Shown one piece after another: positions 35,102 to 36,000 of a stretch of 36,000 nt of DNA. Position numbers and translations under genes: made by a program. Numbering within the stretch: position 1 is the stretch's first letter; the number at the start of each line of letters is the position of its first letter. The DNA comes from Chiloscyllium plagiosum (Eukaryota). Location of the stretch: NCBI RefSeq assembly GCF_004010195.1, contig NW_025213786.1:1-36000 (forward strand), written 5' to 3'. The notes beneath the pieces are model-generated. The model worked only from the letters and a program-made list of their open reading frames with translations, made no database searches and was not told the DNA's origin.

Positions 35102-35237
35102 CTGTTCTACGTAGCCAACAAAGAGACAGGCATAGCTGGGCCCATACGTGTGCCCATGGCTACCCTTTCATCTGGAGAACATGGGAGGATTTGAAAGAGA
35201 AATTGTTGAGGGTGAGGATCAGTTCAGCCAAATGAAT
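35102..35237 (-). mobile_element. Penelope-like element (PLE) reverse transcriptase fragment, frameshifted pseudogene
   Basis: Minus-strand translation with two 1-nt frameshifts (~35163 and ~35139) gives IHLAELILTLNNFSFKSSHVLQMKG/VAMGTRMGP/SYACLFVGYVEQ. This matches the PLE/TERT-type RT motif B' region (N.F.F....Q..G.AMG...P.YA.LF...E). It is truncated by the array before the expected YIDD catalytic motif. Confidence 0.85.
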
Positions 35238-35326
35238 TGGAATGTGAAGCTCATTCAAGGAACAGCTACTGCGGGTCCTTGATTGGTATATACCTATCAG
35301 TCAGGAAGGGAGTTGTTGAGAGAGGG
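35237..35326 (+). repeat. 90-bp duplicated CR1 ORF2 segment (copy 1; copy 2 at 35468-35557)
   Basis: Ungapped manual alignment gives 79/90 identity at an offset of 231 bp, with the core TCAAGGAACAGCTACTGCGGGTCCTTGAT identical in both. In the LINE frame copy 1 reads GM*SSFKEQLLRVLDWYIPISQEGSC*ER. Confidence 0.92.
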
Positions 35327-36000
35327 TTACGTTTACAACAGCAATGGGCAGGGATAGGTATATACTGCAGGGAAAGAGGTATAACCAGGGGAAAGGCAAT
35401 TGTAATGCAATTAGGCAAGATTTAGGATGCATAGGATGGGGAAGGAAACTGCAGGGAATGGGCACACTTGAAATGTGGAGCTTACTCAAGGAACAGCTAC
35501 TGCGGGTCCTTGATAAGTATATACCTGTCAGGCAGGGAGACAGTTGTTGAGAGAGGGAGCAATGGTTTACTAAAGAAGTTGAAGATCTTGTCAAGAGGAA
35601 GAAGAAGGCTTGTGTGAGGTTGGGCGTGAAGGCTCAGTTAGGGGCTTCAGAGTTATAAGTCAGCCAGAAAAGATCTGAAGAGAGGGCTAAGAAGAGCCAG
35701 GAGGGGACATGAGAAGGTGTTGGTGGATAGGATCAAGGAAAACGCTGAGTCCTTCTAATAGGTAATAAAACAATGACTGGAGTAAGATTAGGGCCAGTCA
35801 AAGACAGTAGTGGGAAGTTGTGGTGTGGAATCTGAGGACATAGGGGAAGTGCTTAATGAATACTTTTCGTCAGAATTCACATTGGAAAGGGGCAATGTTA
35901 ATGAGAATATGGAGATACAGGCTACAAGATTAGATGGGATTGCGGTTGACAAAGAGGAGGGTTTAGCAATTTTGGAAGATCTGAGAATAGATAAGATAGA
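35326..36000 (+). mobile_element. Decayed CR1-clade LINE ORF2 fragment (linker between endonuclease and RT), running to the window edge
   Basis: The stitched translation is VTFTTAMGRDRYILQGKRYNQGKGNCNAIRQDLGCIGWGRKLQGMGTLEMWSLLKEQLLRVLDKYIPVRQGDSC*EREQWFTKEVEDLVKRKKKA.../YKSARKDLKRGLRRARRGHEKVLVDRIKENAESF*/NKTMTGVRLGPVKDSSGKL/VESEDIGEVLNEYFSSEFTLE...VDKEEGLAILEDLRIDK. It shows CR1 hallmarks (IKENxxxF, GPxKD, EVLNEYFxSxFT, LxxDK before the expected SPGPD). Stops at 35548 and 35756 and several frameshifts indicate inactivity. Confidence 0.92.

Noticed and set aside
1186..35110. CTGTACTAC (1186-1194) versus CTGTTCTAC (35102-35110) as a target-site duplication
   Set aside because: It is an 8/9 match, but the left copy overlaps the array and the right copy is explained as PLE coding sequence (VEQ codons). 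Probably chance.
1063..35235. 11,390-aa and 11,371-aa ORFs as giant mucin-like or histidine-rich protein genes
   Set aside because: Both start at TTG, and the DNA period is 13 rather than a multiple of 3. There is no synonymous variation, all three frames are equally open, and the C-terminal tails are antisense PLE sequence. No recognisable domain is present.
35237..35594. ORFs 35237-35425, 35301-35594 and 35344-35550 as genes
   Set aside because: 35344-35550 is a piece of the broken CR1 ORF2. The other two are off-frame or antisense readings of the same decayed LINE.

Overview
About 94% of this window (1190-35101) is one giant, almost perfectly homogeneous 13-bp tandem array, (ACTACACAGACAC)n: 2,608 full units plus 8 nt, with no net phase shift. 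Variant units are visible only in the first 15 copies. The two ~11,000-aa ORFs are a by-product of the unit having no stop codon on the + strand and are not supported as genes. The flanks look like vertebrate non-coding DNA, probably shark or ray. The left flank has a tRNA-derived V-SINE/HE1-like element, CR1-type 3'-end remnants and a strong minus-strand splice acceptor, so the array may be intronic. The right flank has a frameshifted Penelope-like reverse transcriptase fragment that abuts the array exactly, then a decayed CR1 LINE ORF2 fragment with a 90-bp internal duplication. There is no intact gene, RNA gene or CRISPR array. Element family calls come from recalled consensus motifs, not database searches. 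The array length and homogeneity could be partly an assembly or polishing artefact.
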